64,000 nt of DNA, from positions 7,206-71,205 of the forward strand of contig JBHJHC010000021.1 in assembly GCA_050331175.1 (NCBI GenBank). The letters are read 5' to 3'. Under the pieces are notes generated by a model. The model searched no databases, was not told the DNA's origin, and saw only the letters and a list, made by a program, of their open reading frames with translations. Positions 1 through 8,979 of this stretch are shown here, piece after piece; position 1 is the first letter of the stretch; every line of letters starts with the position of its first letter. The translations under genes were made by a program, and so were the position numbers. Origin of the DNA: Rubrobacteraceae bacterium. GTDB taxonomy: Bacteria; Actinomycetota; Rubrobacteria; Rubrobacterales; Rubrobacteraceae.

Positions 1-1
1 C

Positions 2-841
2 TCCTGGCAGCTAAAGGGCAGCTATCCAAAGATCCTGGACGACCCGGAGAAAGGCGAAGAAGCCCGAAAGCTCTTCACGGAATCCCAGGCCCTGCTCGAC
101 CGGGTAATAGAAGAGAAGTGGCTCACGGCCCGCGCCGTCCTCGGCCTCTTCCCCGCGAGCCGGCTGCCGAACGATTCCGTCGAAGTCTATACAGACGAAT
201 CGCGCAAAGCGGTGCTCGCGCAACTCCACTTCCTCCGCCAGCAGAAGCAGAAGCCACCGGGCCGCCCGAACCAATCCCTCGCTGACTTCATCGCCCCGAA
301 GAGCACCGGATTGGAAGACCACATCGGTCTCTTCGCGGTTACCGCCGGCATCGGGGCGGACGAGATAGCGCGCCGCTTCGAGGAGGAGAACGACGTCTAC
401 AACGCGATTATGGTAAAGGCACTCGCCGACCGGCTCGCCGAAGCCTTCGCCGAGCTGCTGCACCAGCGGGTCCGCAAGGAGTTCTGGGGCTACGCGGCGG
501 ACGAAAGCCTCTCTAACGAGAGCCTGATCCGGGAGGAGTACCGGGGCATCCGTCCCGCCCCCGGCTACCCGGCCTGCCCGGAACATACAGAGAAGCGCAC
601 GATCTGGAACCTGCTCGAGGTGGAGAAAAACGCCGGCATCTCCCTTACCGAAAGCTGCGCCATGAACCCCGGCGCGGCGGTCAGCGGCTACTACTTCTCC
701 CACCCGGACTCCCGCTACTTCGGCGTCTCCGAGATCGGGCGCGACCAGGTAAGAGACTATGCGGAGCGCAAAGGTATGCCCCTGGAGAAAGCCGAGAAGT
801 GGCTCTCCCCAAACTTGAGCTACGACCCCGAACGCGATTAG
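2..841 (+). CDS. metH: Cobalamin-dependent methionine synthase MetH, C-terminal AdoMet-reactivation domain (5' end outside window)
   Basis: The frame is open from the window edge. The translation SWQLKGSYPKILDDPEKGEEARKLF..AVLGLFPA..LRQQ..GYPACPEHTEK..AVSGYYFSHPDSRYFGV matches conserved MetH activation-domain blocks. Confidence 0.9.
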   Translation, partial: SWQLKGSYPKILDDPEKGEEARKLFTESQALLDRVIEEKWLTARAVLGLFPASRLPNDSVEVYTDESRKAVLAQLHFLRQQKQKPPGRPNQSLADFIAPKSTGLEDHIGLFAVTAGIGADEIARRFEEENDVYNAIMVKALADRLAEAFAELLHQRVRKEFWGYAADESLSNESLIREEYRGIRPAPGYPACPEHTEKRTIWNLLEVEKNAGISLTESCAMNPGAAVSGYYFSHPDSRYFGVSEIGRDQVRDYAERKGMPLEKAEKWLSPNLSYDPERD

Positions 842-843
842 CA
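797..843. repeat. Left copy of a 47-bp direct repeat (last codons plus stop of metH)
   Basis: AAGTGGCTCTCCCCAAACTTGAGCTACGACCCCGAACGCGATTAGCA recurs at 1707-1753 with 2 mismatches. Confidence 0.9.
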
Positions 844-873
844 TTCACAGCCAAACATCTAATCCAGGGACGC

Positions 874-1203
874 CTACAGCGGCAGGAAGAGCTTCTGTCC
901 GGCCATATCTGGCGGATCGCCCACCATCGAGACGAATTCCAGATCGCGGACGCAATCGCCGATGGAAACGCGAAGTTGGTGGGCGTAGATCACGCCGGCA
1001 AACGACTGTCCTCGCCGCTGGCGGTGCGTCGCTTCGACAAGCAGATCATCATCTTGCGTAAAGAGCACCCGGTCCAGCTCGGTCGCACGCTCCAGCAACT
1101 CAGGATCCTGCAAGTGTCCGGCACCGTCCTCGGCAGCCGTAATCACGTCTACTCCGCGCAATTTCAGCCCGTTGGTGATCGCCCGCGGTACGTGGTGGTC
1201 CAT
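874..1203 (-). CDS. DUF5615-family PIN-like putative toxin
   Basis: 109 aa. The pattern D.HVPRAI..LK.RGVDV....DPELLE.A.ELDRVLFTQDDDLL is typical of DUF5615 (Mut7-C-like) proteins. It lies 17 nt downstream of a DUF433 gene. Confidence 0.6.
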   Translation of the reverse strand: MDHHVPRAITNGLKLRGVDVITAAEDGAGHLQDPELLERATELDRVLFTQDDDLLVEATHRQRRGQSFAGVIYAHQLRVSIGDCVRDLEFVSMVGDPPDMAGQKLFLPL

Positions 1204-1220
1204 GTAGAGCCGTAGCGGCG

Positions 1221-1529
1221 TTACCGCCCTCCCCTGGCTCTCATGCGCTCGGCGAGTGAAGAGCTGCGGACATCACCACTCAATTCGGTCAAGCGTTCAA
1301 GACGCCGCTGAATGTCGCGGTCGAACTCTTCACGATGGTCCCAGTAATAGGCGAGGGCGGAGTGGATCTGTCCGAGATCCAGATAAGGATGCTGGAAACG
1401 CAGTTCTTCGGGACTCCACCCGTAAGCCTGTTGCTCGACTACCAGTTCCACGACCTTCATCGTCGTTCCGGCAATGTTGGGCACGCGCTCCTCGTCCAAT
1501 ACGATGTGTTCGTAGCGCGTCTCCATCAT
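1221..1529 (-). CDS. DUF433-family putative antitoxin
   Basis: MMETRYEHIVLDEERVPNIAGTTMKVVELVVEQQAYGWSPEELRFQHPYLDLGQIHSALAYYWDHREE matches the DUF433 pattern. I chose the ATG at 1529 because it follows a GGAGG; the ORF track extends to 1613. Confidence 0.6.
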   Translation of the reverse strand: MMETRYEHIVLDEERVPNIAGTTMKVVELVVEQQAYGWSPEELRFQHPYLDLGQIHSALAYYWDHREEFDRDIQRRLERLTELSGDVRSSSLAERMRARGGR

Positions 1530-1610
1530 GCCTCCATCATACCGCAGCGACCACCCGAAGTAGTCAACTCCACAACCTCCGGTAGCTGATGGCCAAAGGC
1601 CTGATCGCAA

Positions 1611-1751
1611 CATACCCTGGTTTCCGCTACTTCGGCATCCCAGATCAGACGCGGCCAGGTCAAAGGCTACACCAGGCGCCAGGACACGGCGCTAGAAGAT
1701 ACCAAAAAGTGGCTCTCCCCGAACTTGAGCTACGACCCCGAACGAGATTAG
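1611..1751 (+). pseudogene. Displaced, frameshifted relic of a metH 3' end
   Basis: It translates as ..TYPGFRYFGI, then after a 1-nt frameshift as QIRRGQVKGYTRRQDTALEDTKKWLSPNLSYDPERD*. This aligns position for position with the intact MetH tail RYFGVSEIGRDQVRDYAERKGMPLEKAEKWLSPNLSYDPERD*. Confidence 0.6.
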
Positions 1752-1753
1752 CA
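1707..1753. repeat. Right copy of the 47-bp direct repeat
   Basis: 45 of 47 positions are identical to 797-843. Confidence 0.9.
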
Positions 1754-1811
1754 ACATCTTGATGTCCGAATTCCGCCAGTAATCTGCTGCAGCCGGTGGC
1801 ACAATTAGCTC

Positions 1812-3296
1812 ATGGTTGAAGACTTCGAGGGTTGTTATAGGGCGGCGAGCAGCCGCGACGCCCGCTTCGACGGGTGGTTTATCGTGGCGGTTACCACGGC
1901 GGGCATCTACTGCCGGCCGAGTTGTCCGGCGATCACGCCGAAGCGTCGGAACGTCCTTTTCTATCCGACGGCGGCCGCGGCCCAAGCGGCGGGGTTCCGG
2001 GCATGTTTGAGGTGCAGCCCGGATGCGGCGCCGGGATCTCCGGAGTGGGACCTGCGGGCGGACGCAGCGGGGCGGGCGATGCGCCTGATCAACGACGGCC
2101 TCGTGGATCGGGAAGGTGTGGCCGGCCTGGCCCGCAGGCTCTCCTACACCGAACGGCACCTGGGCCGGGTGCTGCTGGACGAGCTTGGAGCCGGGCCACT
2201 GGCGCTCGCCCGGGCCCGCAGGGCCCACACGGCCCGGCTGCTCGTCGAGACTACGGATATGCCCGCCGGTGAAATCGCTTTCGCCGCCGGCTTCTCCAGC
2301 ATCCGGCAGTTCAACGAGACGTTCCGCGAGGTCTTCGCCGCAACCCCCACGGAGCTGAGACGCAAAACCCGTCGCGGCGGGTCATCGGTTCCGGGATCTC
2401 TCACCCTGCGGTTGCCCTTCCGCGAGCCTTTCGACGCCGAGGGCCTGTTTCGTTTTCTCGGAGCCCGGGCCGTTCCGGGGATCGAGGGGTTCGACGGCGA
2501 ATGCTATCGTCGCACGCTCCGGCTGCCGAATGGCGCGGGCGTGGTCGGGCTGTCCGGAGAGGGCGGACACGTACGCTGCACCCTCCGGCTCGAGGACCTG
2601 CGGGATCTGGGTCCGGCGGTCGAGCGCTGCAGGAGGCTCCTGGATCTGGACGCGGATCCGGTGGCCATCCGGGAACAACTGGGCTCGGACCCGGTTCTGG
2701 GTTCGCTCGTACGCGAGACACCGGGACGGCGCGTCCCGAGGAGCGTGGCCGGTGACGAGCTGGCGATGCGGGCGATTCTCGGGCAGCAGGTCTCGGTAGC
2801 GGGGGCCCGAACCCTGGCCGAAAGGCTGGTACGCCGCTGCGGCCAGCCGCTACCCGACTCTCTGGTCGATACTGGCGGCAACCTGACACATCTCTTCCCG
2901 GACCCGTCAAGCGTCGCGGATACCAGCCTCGGAGACCTGGGCCTCCCGAGGAGCCGGCAAGAGGCGTTGAAAGGGCTGGCCCGGGAACTCGCCTCCGGGG
3001 AGTTGGTCCTGGACCCCGGCGTGGATCGCAGAGACGCTGAAACGCGCCTCCGGTCCATTCGGGGGATCGGCCCCTGGACAGCATCCTACGTGGCGATGCG
3101 AGCCCTGGGCGACCCTGACGCGTTCCCGGATACGGATCTCGGGGTCCGGCGCGCCGTCAGGCTCCTCGGTGGCGATGGTACCCCAGCCTCCACGTTCCGG
3201 CTCGCCCGGCAATGGAGGCCCTGGCGGTCCTACGCTACCCAGTATCTGTGGGCCAGCCTCGACAAACCTCGCAAACAGAAGGGAGAAGTAGCATGA
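1812..3296 (+). CDS. alkA: Ada-type Zn-finger/AraC HTH regulator fused to DNA-3-methyladenine glycosylase II (AlkA)
   Basis: The N-terminus has the Ada Zn-binding motif YCRPSCPA...CLRC. The middle has an AraC-type HTH (IRQFNETFREVF). The C-terminus has an HhH-GPD glycosylase region (IRGIGPWTASYVAMRALGDPDAFPDTDLGV). Confidence 0.85.
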   Translation: MVEDFEGCYRAASSRDARFDGWFIVAVTTAGIYCRPSCPAITPKRRNVLFYPTAAAAQAAGFRACLRCSPDAAPGSPEWDLRADAAGRAMRLINDGLVDREGVAGLARRLSYTERHLGRVLLDELGAGPLALARARRAHTARLLVETTDMPAGEIAFAAGFSSIRQFNETFREVFAATPTELRRKTRRGGSSVPGSLTLRLPFREPFDAEGLFRFLGARAVPGIEGFDGECYRRTLRLPNGAGVVGLSGEGGHVRCTLRLEDLRDLGPAVERCRRLLDLDADPVAIREQLGSDPVLGSLVRETPGRRVPRSVAGDELAMRAILGQQVSVAGARTLAERLVRRCGQPLPDSLVDTGGNLTHLFPDPSSVADTSLGDLGLPRSRQEALKGLARELASGELVLDPGVDRRDAETRLRSIRGIGPWTASYVAMRALGDPDAFPDTDLGVRRAVRLLGGDGTPASTFRLARQWRPWRSYATQYLWASLDKPRKQKGEVA

Positions 3297-3811
3297 AAGC
3301 CTACCTCGACACCGTAGAGACGCCCGCCGGGCCGTTAACGTTCGCGCTCAACGGAGAGGGAGCGCTGATACGCTCCCATTTCGAGGAATCCGACGACCAC
3401 TCGGACATCGAGGACGGGCTCCGCGCTGCCGGTTACGAGTGTTTCGTCCAGGACTCCGGCCGCACGGCACGGCTCAGGGGGGAGATCTCGGAGTATTGCG
3501 CGGGCGAGCGGCGCGAGTTCACCGTACCGCTGGCCGCCTCCGGCACGGAATGGCAGAAAGAAGTTTGGGCGGCGTTGACGCGCATCCCGTTCGGTGAAAC
3601 CCGCAGTTACGCCGAGATAGCAGACACGATCGGGCGTCCCGGCGCGGCGCGGGCCGTGGGCGGGGCGAACGCCCGCAACCAGTTGCCGCTGGTGGTGCCG
3701 TGTCACCGCGTGATCTCGGCGGACGGCTCGCTCGGCGGCTTCAACGGCGGCCTCCACCTCAAGCAGAGACTTCTGGAACACGAACGCCAGGCCACGCTCC
3801 AGGAACCCTAG
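3293..3811 (+). CDS. ogt: Methylated-DNA--protein-cysteine methyltransferase
   Basis: Contains the active-site PCHRV motif (VVPCHRVISADGSLGGF). The ATG overlaps the alkA stop (ATGA) and is preceded by GGGAGAAG. The ORF track start at 3212 is probably too long. Confidence 0.85.
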   Translation: MKAYLDTVETPAGPLTFALNGEGALIRSHFEESDDHSDIEDGLRAAGYECFVQDSGRTARLRGEISEYCAGERREFTVPLAASGTEWQKEVWAALTRIPFGETRSYAEIADTIGRPGAARAVGGANARNQLPLVVPCHRVISADGSLGGFNGGLHLKQRLLEHERQATLQEP

Positions 3812-3823
3812 AAACACCCTGCC

Positions 3824-4459
3824 TTATTCGAACCGTACTTCTTCGTAGCCGAGCGTGGTGAGGAAAGTTCGGACGGTATCTTGGGCGTTCAGGTCGGCGG
3901 TGGCGAGGATGTCGTTCCGGCGGGCGGCGGCCAGCAGCTCGTCCCGGGCGTCCCGGCGGGCCTCCTCGACGAGGGCGTCATCCGGGCGCAGGTTCAAGAG
4001 ACCCTGGTCCCGGTCGTAGAGGCGGGTCTTGTCTTCGTCGAGGCTGACGGAGGAGATCTGGGGCTCTGGAAGCCGGATCTCGACGCCCTCACCCTCGACC
4101 CGCACGTCGCTTTCGGAGATATCCGACAGGTCTACACCGGCTTCTACCTCGCCGACGGCCAGCAAAACCAGTTCCTCCCCCGTGAGCAGCCGCCGTAGTT
4201 CGGGGCCGTCGGTCTCCTTCGTGACGATGACCGATTCCGTCAGGCGCACGGTGTCGAGCCGGTCGAGCTTCTGGATGCCTTCCACCACGACCGGTCCGGT
4301 GGTCGTCTGCGACCGGCCCTCTCCGAAGAGCCACCCGACCACCGGCAGACTCCCCCCGTAGCGGGACAACCCGAGGCCGAGGCCAACAGACAGGACGACC
4401 ACCAGCAGCGCGAGCACCAGGGTGGTCCCCAACCCGCCGCTTCTCTTGCCTTTCTCCAA
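3824..4459 (-). CDS. DUF4230-like membrane-anchored protein
   Basis: One N-terminal TM segment, then VVEGIQKLDRLDTV...VGEVEAGVDLSDI...VEIRLPEPQI, which resembles DUF4230 (from memory). I prefer the TTG at 4459 (AGGAGG 5 nt upstream) over the ATG at 4501. Confidence 0.5.
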   Translation of the reverse strand: MEKGKRSGGLGTTLVLALLVVVLSVGLGLGLSRYGGSLPVVGWLFGEGRSQTTTGPVVVEGIQKLDRLDTVRLTESVIVTKETDGPELRRLLTGEELVLLAVGEVEAGVDLSDISESDVRVEGEGVEIRLPEPQISSVSLDEDKTRLYDRDQGLLNLRPDDALVEEARRDARDELLAAARRNDILATADLNAQDTVRTFLTTLGYEEVRFE

Positions 4460-4491
4460 CCTTGCCTCCTGAAGGACGTGCGTATGTAAAA

Positions 4492-4500
4492 ATTCTATCA
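4492..4500 (-). promoter_or_regulatory. Candidate extended -10 promoter element (TGATAGAAT)
   Basis: The minus-strand sequence TGaTAGAAT sits about 30 nt upstream of the TTG start of the DUF4230 gene. There is no good -35. Confidence 0.3.
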
Positions 4501-4552
4501 TCTGTCGAAATCGCGCTTTATACCTCGCCGCCGCTACAAACGTACCCGGCCC

Positions 4553-6085
4553 TTACCCGGCTCGCGAAACCCGGCCATCTATAAGAAAAGCCGCCAGCAG
4601 CCCGACCATGGAGACTACTACGCACAACAACATGGCCCCGTCGAACCCGTACAAGAACGCTTCCCGGACTATCCTCTCTACCTGTCCGGCTACCTCGGGA
4701 GCCAGGCGCGTAAGCTCGGCTTCGGCAGCCTCCGATCCAGATAGGAGTCCCCGAACCTCCTTACGATCCGGGTCGCTGAAGTTTGACCCGGCGCCGGTAA
4801 ACAAGCTCGCCAGCTTGTTGCTCTCCAGCGCCTTGAAGAACCCCCCGGCCATGGCGATACCGAAGACAGATCCTATATGACGGACCATAGACAACGTGCC
4901 CGAGGCTACACCCGCCTTGTCTTCCGGGATCACCGACATCCCCCCGGTCGTCGCGGCGGTAAAGGACAGGCTCCGGCCTACGCTCGCCAGGATGAGGGCG
5001 GCGATCACGAGGGCCAGGCCGCTAGTGGGGGTGAGGCGGGTCAGCATGAAGTACGACACCGCTCCCACCACCATACCGATAGCCAGCGGGATACGCGGTC
5101 CGATCACACCCTCCAACCAGCCCGCGAGCGGATTACCGACGACAAACAGGCCCGACAGCGCCAGAAACACGAGGCCGGTTTGCATCGGCGAGTAGCCGAG
5201 CACGTTCTGGAGGTAGAGCGTGAGCAGAAACATCATCGTATAAAGACCGAAGTTCTGGGAAAAAGAAGCCACGTTGGCCCCGAAATAGCTCCAGTTGCGA
5301 AAAAGACCCAGGTCTACCAGGGGTTCCCGCAACCGCGGCTCGACGACAACGAAGAGCCCGAGCAGAACCAACGCGACGACGGTACAGCCGACGATGACCG
5401 GCGAACCCCACCCCAGGGTGCCACCCTGCTGGACGGCCACCACCAGCGCCGTAAGCCCTCCGGTAAGGGTGAGCAGGCCGGCCAGATCCACGTGCCGCCC
5501 GACGGTCTCATCCCGGGACTCCCGCACCAGGATCAGGGTCAGGCACACGATCACCAGCGCAACGGGTATGTTGACGTAGAAAAACCAGCGCCAGGACAGA
5601 TAACTGGTGAGAAAACCTCCGATAAACGGCCCGACGGCGGCTCCCGCCCCGGTAGTACCGGCCCACACTCCTATTCCTTTGCTGCGTTCCACCGGGGGGA
5701 CTGCGTTGCTGACGATCGACAACGAAGCTGCGAAGAACGTGGCGCCCCCCAAACCCTGAACGGCGCGGGCACTTATCAGCCACCAGTCGGTCTGGGCCAT
5801 CCCGCAGATAGCTGAAGCCACGATGAAGATGACCATGCCGATCAACAGCACCCGGCGGCGCCCGAAGATGTCGGCCAGACGTCCGACGGCCACCAACGGG
5901 GTGGCGGAGGCCAGCAGGTAGGCGTTGATCGTCCACTGCAAACCCGTGGTCGAAGCACCCAGGTCCCGGCCAATAGTTGGTAGCGCAACCGTGAGCCCGT
6001 TAACGTCGACTATCACGAGGGTGGCGGCCAGCGACATAAGGACCACGGTCCACCACTTGCGGTTACGTTCACTCACCATCGACAC
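4553..6085 (-). CDS. MFS transporter, DHA2 (EmrB/QacA-like, 14-TMS) family, copy 1
   Basis: 510 aa and hydrophobic throughout. Contains the MFS motif GRLADIFGRRRVLL. It is a close paralogue of 6262-7785. Confidence 0.8.
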   Translation of the reverse strand: MSMVSERNRKWWTVVLMSLAATLVIVDVNGLTVALPTIGRDLGASTTGLQWTINAYLLASATPLVAVGRLADIFGRRRVLLIGMVIFIVASAICGMAQTDWWLISARAVQGLGGATFFAASLSIVSNAVPPVERSKGIGVWAGTTGAGAAVGPFIGGFLTSYLSWRWFFYVNIPVALVIVCLTLILVRESRDETVGRHVDLAGLLTLTGGLTALVVAVQQGGTLGWGSPVIVGCTVVALVLLGLFVVVEPRLREPLVDLGLFRNWSYFGANVASFSQNFGLYTMMFLLTLYLQNVLGYSPMQTGLVFLALSGLFVVGNPLAGWLEGVIGPRIPLAIGMVVGAVSYFMLTRLTPTSGLALVIAALILASVGRSLSFTAATTGGMSVIPEDKAGVASGTLSMVRHIGSVFGIAMAGGFFKALESNKLASLFTGAGSNFSDPDRKEVRGLLSGSEAAEAELTRLAPEVAGQVERIVREAFLYGFDGAMLLCVVVSMVGLLAAFLIDGRVSRAG

Positions 6086-6121
6086 CGGCCTGCCTCCCCA
6101 AACCTGGCAGCCATAGCGGTT

Positions 6122-6215
6122 CTAATGGCTGCCGGACGCCGGCAGGACCCGTTCGGGGCCGATGTCGGAGACCCGCTGTACGTCGGCCGGCTGCCTGGAG
6201 GCAAGGATTCTATCA
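6122..6215 (-). pseudogene. Relic of the 3' end of the FMN-dependent oxidase gene, carried along by the MFS duplication
   Basis: It translates as ..ILASRQPADVQRVSDIGPERVLPASGSH*, compared with the oxidase C-terminus LQLAGVKRVSDIDRSLVMPAPGSH*. The flanking DNA (AACCTGGCA.CC.TAGCGG.TCTA.TGGCTGCCGG) is also shared with 7808-7850. Confidence 0.55.
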
Positions 6216-6261
6216 TTCGCCGGAGTTGCGTTTCGCGTTTCGTTGGGCGCCAAGTGCGCCA

Positions 6262-7785
6262 CTAGGTTCGCGAAGTGGTTTCGGCTATCAGGAAGGCTGC
6301 CAGAAGCCCGACCAAGGAGACCGCTATACACAGCAGCATAGCTCCGTCAAAGGCGTAGTCGAACGCTGTCCGGACCATCCGCTCCACCTGCCCGGCCGTT
6401 TCCGGGGCCAGCCGTCTGAGCTCGACCTCGGCAGCCTCCGATCCAGATAGCAGCTCCCGAATCTCCCTGCGCTCCGGGTCACTAAAGCTGGCCCCGGCGG
6501 CGGCGAACAAGCTGGCGAGCTTGTTGTTCTCCAGCACCTGGAAAAATGTGCCGACCACGGCGATGCCGAAAACAGACCCCATCATACGGGCCGTAGACAA
6601 CACGCCCGAGCCTACGCCCGCCTTCTCCTGGGGTATCTCCGACATCCCTCCGGTTATCGTGGCGGTTAAAGACAGGCTCCGGCCGATGCTCGCCACGACG
6701 AGCGCGGCGATCACGATGGCGAGGCCGCTGGTGGGACTGAGGCGGGTTAGCAGGAGATAGGACACCGCTATCACCACCGTACCGATAATCAACGGGAGCC
6801 GCAGCCCGATCGCGCTCTCCACCCAGCCCGAGAGCGGGTTGCCGACAGCGAACAGGCTCGTAAACACCAGGAACACGAAGCCGGTCTGCAGCGGCGAGTA
6901 ACCGAGCACGTTCTGGAGGTAGAGCGTCAGCAGGAAGAGCATCGAAGTAAAACCGAAGTTCTGGAGAAAAACTACTATGTTGGCCCCGAGGTAGCTCCGG
7001 TTGCGGAAGAGACCCAGTTCTATCAAAGGCTCCCGCAACCGCGGCTCGACGACAACGAAGAGCCCGAGCAGAACCACCGCGGCGATGAAGCACCCGACAA
7101 CGACCGGAGACCCCCATCCCAGGGCGCTGCCCTGCTGGATGGCAAACACCATCGCCGTAAGCCCTCCGGTAAGGGTGAGCAGCCCGACCAGATCCACGTG
7201 CCGCCCGGCGCTCTCGTCCCTGGACTCCCGAACCACCACCAGGATCAGGAACACGGTCAGCAGCGCAATCGGTATGTTGACGTAGAAAAACCAGCGCCAG
7301 GACAGCGCGCTGGTGAGCAACCCCGCGACCAACGGTCCTACGGCGGTCCCCACCCCATTGACGCCAGCCCATAATCCTATGCCCTTGCTGCGTTCCGCCG
7401 GTGGAAAGGTGTTGCTGACGATCGATAAAGAGGCCGCGAACAACATGGCGCCTCCCAGGCCCTGGACGACGCGGGCGGAGATCAGCCACCAGTCGGTCTG
7501 GGCCAGCCCGCAGAGGGCGGAGGCCGACGCGAACACCGCAATGCCGATCAGCAGCACCCGGCGCCGCCCGAAGATGTCGGCCAGGCGCCCGACGGCGACC
7601 ATCGGGGCGGCGAAGGCCAGCAGGTAGGCGTTGATCGTCCACTGCAAAGCCGTGGTGGAGATGTCCAGCTCCCGGCCTATAGCGGGCAGCGCCACCATCA
7701 GGCCGCTGTAGTCGACCATTATGAGGGTGGAGGCGAACGACATGATGCCCGCGACCCACCACTTGCGGTTACGTTCACTGACCAT
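6262..7785 (-). CDS. MFS transporter, DHA2 family, copy 2
   Basis: 507 aa and collinear with copy 1. Compare MVSERNRKWW..LQWTINAYLLA..GRLADIFGRRRVLLIG in both copies. Confidence 0.8.
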   Translation of the reverse strand: MVSERNRKWWVAGIMSFASTLIMVDYSGLMVALPAIGRELDISTTALQWTINAYLLAFAAPMVAVGRLADIFGRRRVLLIGIAVFASASALCGLAQTDWWLISARVVQGLGGAMLFAASLSIVSNTFPPAERSKGIGLWAGVNGVGTAVGPLVAGLLTSALSWRWFFYVNIPIALLTVFLILVVVRESRDESAGRHVDLVGLLTLTGGLTAMVFAIQQGSALGWGSPVVVGCFIAAVVLLGLFVVVEPRLREPLIELGLFRNRSYLGANIVVFLQNFGFTSMLFLLTLYLQNVLGYSPLQTGFVFLVFTSLFAVGNPLSGWVESAIGLRLPLIIGTVVIAVSYLLLTRLSPTSGLAIVIAALVVASIGRSLSLTATITGGMSEIPQEKAGVGSGVLSTARMMGSVFGIAVVGTFFQVLENNKLASLFAAAGASFSDPERREIRELLSGSEAAEVELRRLAPETAGQVERMVRTAFDYAFDGAMLLCIAVSLVGLLAAFLIAETTSRT

Positions 7786-7827
7786 TTGCTTCCGCCTGAC
7801 TCTCCGAACCTGGCAACCGTAGCGGGT

Positions 7828-8919
7828 CTAGTGGCTGCCGGGCGCCGGCATGACCAGGCTCCGGTCGATATCGGAGACGCGCTTCACGCCGGCCAGCTGC
7901 AGGGAGTTCTCCAACCCCTCCCGGAAGATCTCCAGCATCTTGTGTACGCCCGGCTCTCCACCGGCCGCGAGCCCCCAGTAGATGGGCCGCCCCACCAGCA
8001 CCGCCCGCGCCCCGAGCGCCAGGGCTTTGAGCACGTGCGAGCCCTGGCGAATGCCCCCGTCCACGAACACCTCCACCTCCCCGTTTACCGCCTCGACGAC
8101 CTCGGGTAGAACGTCGAGCGTGGCAGGGTCCCCGTCCATCTGGCGTCCGCCCTGGTTGGACACGATAATGCCCGACACCCCGGCGTCCAGTGCCCGCCGC
8201 GCCTCCTCCCCCGTGAGCACCCCTTTGGCCACGATCGGCAGCGCTGTCTGCTCCGTTAGCCAGCGGGCGTCGTCCCACGTGCAGCTCTGCTCCATCTCGT
8301 CCCACATGTAAGCCATCAGGTCGTCGCCTTTGGCGTGGTGCGGCAGGGGTTTGTCCTTGAAGTTGGCGATCTCCACCCCTTTGGGCAGGTGGATGTGGTT
8401 CCGCTTGTCGGCGGGCCGTATCCCGTAGTTGGGAGCGTCCACCGTCAGGCACAGGGCGCGGTATCCGGCGGCCTCGGCCCTCTCTGCGAGGCTGGTGGTC
8501 AGCTCGCGGTCTTTGTGGATCTGGAGCTGGAACCAACAGTTGACGCCGGTGGCCGCCACGTCTTCGAGCGAGGTGCTCGCGAGCGTCGAGAGCACCATCA
8601 GGCTCCCCATCTCGCGGGCAGCCGTGGCCGAGGCGATCTCCCCGTCGGGGTGGGAGAGCTTGTGAAAGGCCGAGGGGGCCAGCATCACCGGAAAGCCCAA
8701 CTCCGTTCCGAGGGCGGTCGTCGAGAGGTCGGTGTCGGCCACGTCCACCATCAGCCGCTTGCGGAACACCCAGCGATCGTAGGCCCGGCGGTTCTCGTCG
8801 CGGGTCCAGTTGCCCATCGCCCCGGCGGCCAGGTGGTCGTAAGCCGCCTGAGGCAGGGTCTCGCGCGCGTGCTCCTCGAAGTCCGCGTACTCGGCGAGGC
8901 GGTCCAGGTCAACGGTCAT
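7828..8919 (-). CDS. FMN-dependent alpha-hydroxy-acid oxidase/dehydrogenase (lactate/glycolate/mandelate oxidase family)
   Basis: 363 aa. Family blocks are present: LGFPVMLAPSAFHKL, CWFQLQ, LCLTVDAP, VAKGV, IIVSNQGGRQMDG and VFVDGGIRQGSHVLKALALGA. Confidence 0.8.
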   Translation of the reverse strand: MTVDLDRLAEYADFEEHARETLPQAAYDHLAAGAMGNWTRDENRRAYDRWVFRKRLMVDVADTDLSTTALGTELGFPVMLAPSAFHKLSHPDGEIASATAAREMGSLMVLSTLASTSLEDVAATGVNCWFQLQIHKDRELTTSLAERAEAAGYRALCLTVDAPNYGIRPADKRNHIHLPKGVEIANFKDKPLPHHAKGDDLMAYMWDEMEQSCTWDDARWLTEQTALPIVAKGVLTGEEARRALDAGVSGIIVSNQGGRQMDGDPATLDVLPEVVEAVNGEVEVFVDGGIRQGSHVLKALALGARAVLVGRPIYWGLAAGGEPGVHKMLEIFREGLENSLQLAGVKRVSDIDRSLVMPAPGSH

Positions 8920-8979
8920 ATATGCTCCCTTCGGCCGTGATGCGACGTATCAGGGTACGGAGAACTACTTCGCCACTGT

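Noticed and set aside
11-844. 277-aa minus-strand ORF covering the metH region.
   Set aside because: It is antisense to a clearly conserved MetH domain. The translation is Arg/Gly/Ala/Val-rich with no recognisable motifs. This is typical high-GC shadow ORF behaviour.
842-1706. Search for an integrase, transposase or terminal inverted repeats within the TA insert that would make it a bona fide mobile element.
   Set aside because: Only the two TA ORFs fit in the insert, and no recombinase-like frame or inverted repeats were seen. I therefore describe it as an integration scar or cassette rather than annotating a mobile_element.
2401-3084. Several 180-230-aa minus-strand and alternative-frame ORFs inside alkA (also 1692-2228 and 2504-3058).
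   Set aside because: They are Arg/Pro/Ser/Gly-rich low-complexity translations that overlap a well-supported Ada/AlkA gene.
6482-7762. 426-aa alternative-frame ORF within MFS copy 2, and its counterparts 4877-5815 and 5508-5936 in copy 1.
   Set aside because: The composition is extremely Arg/Gly/Pro/His-rich. They are mirrored in both paralogues only because the DNA is duplicated. The transporter frame is the coding one.
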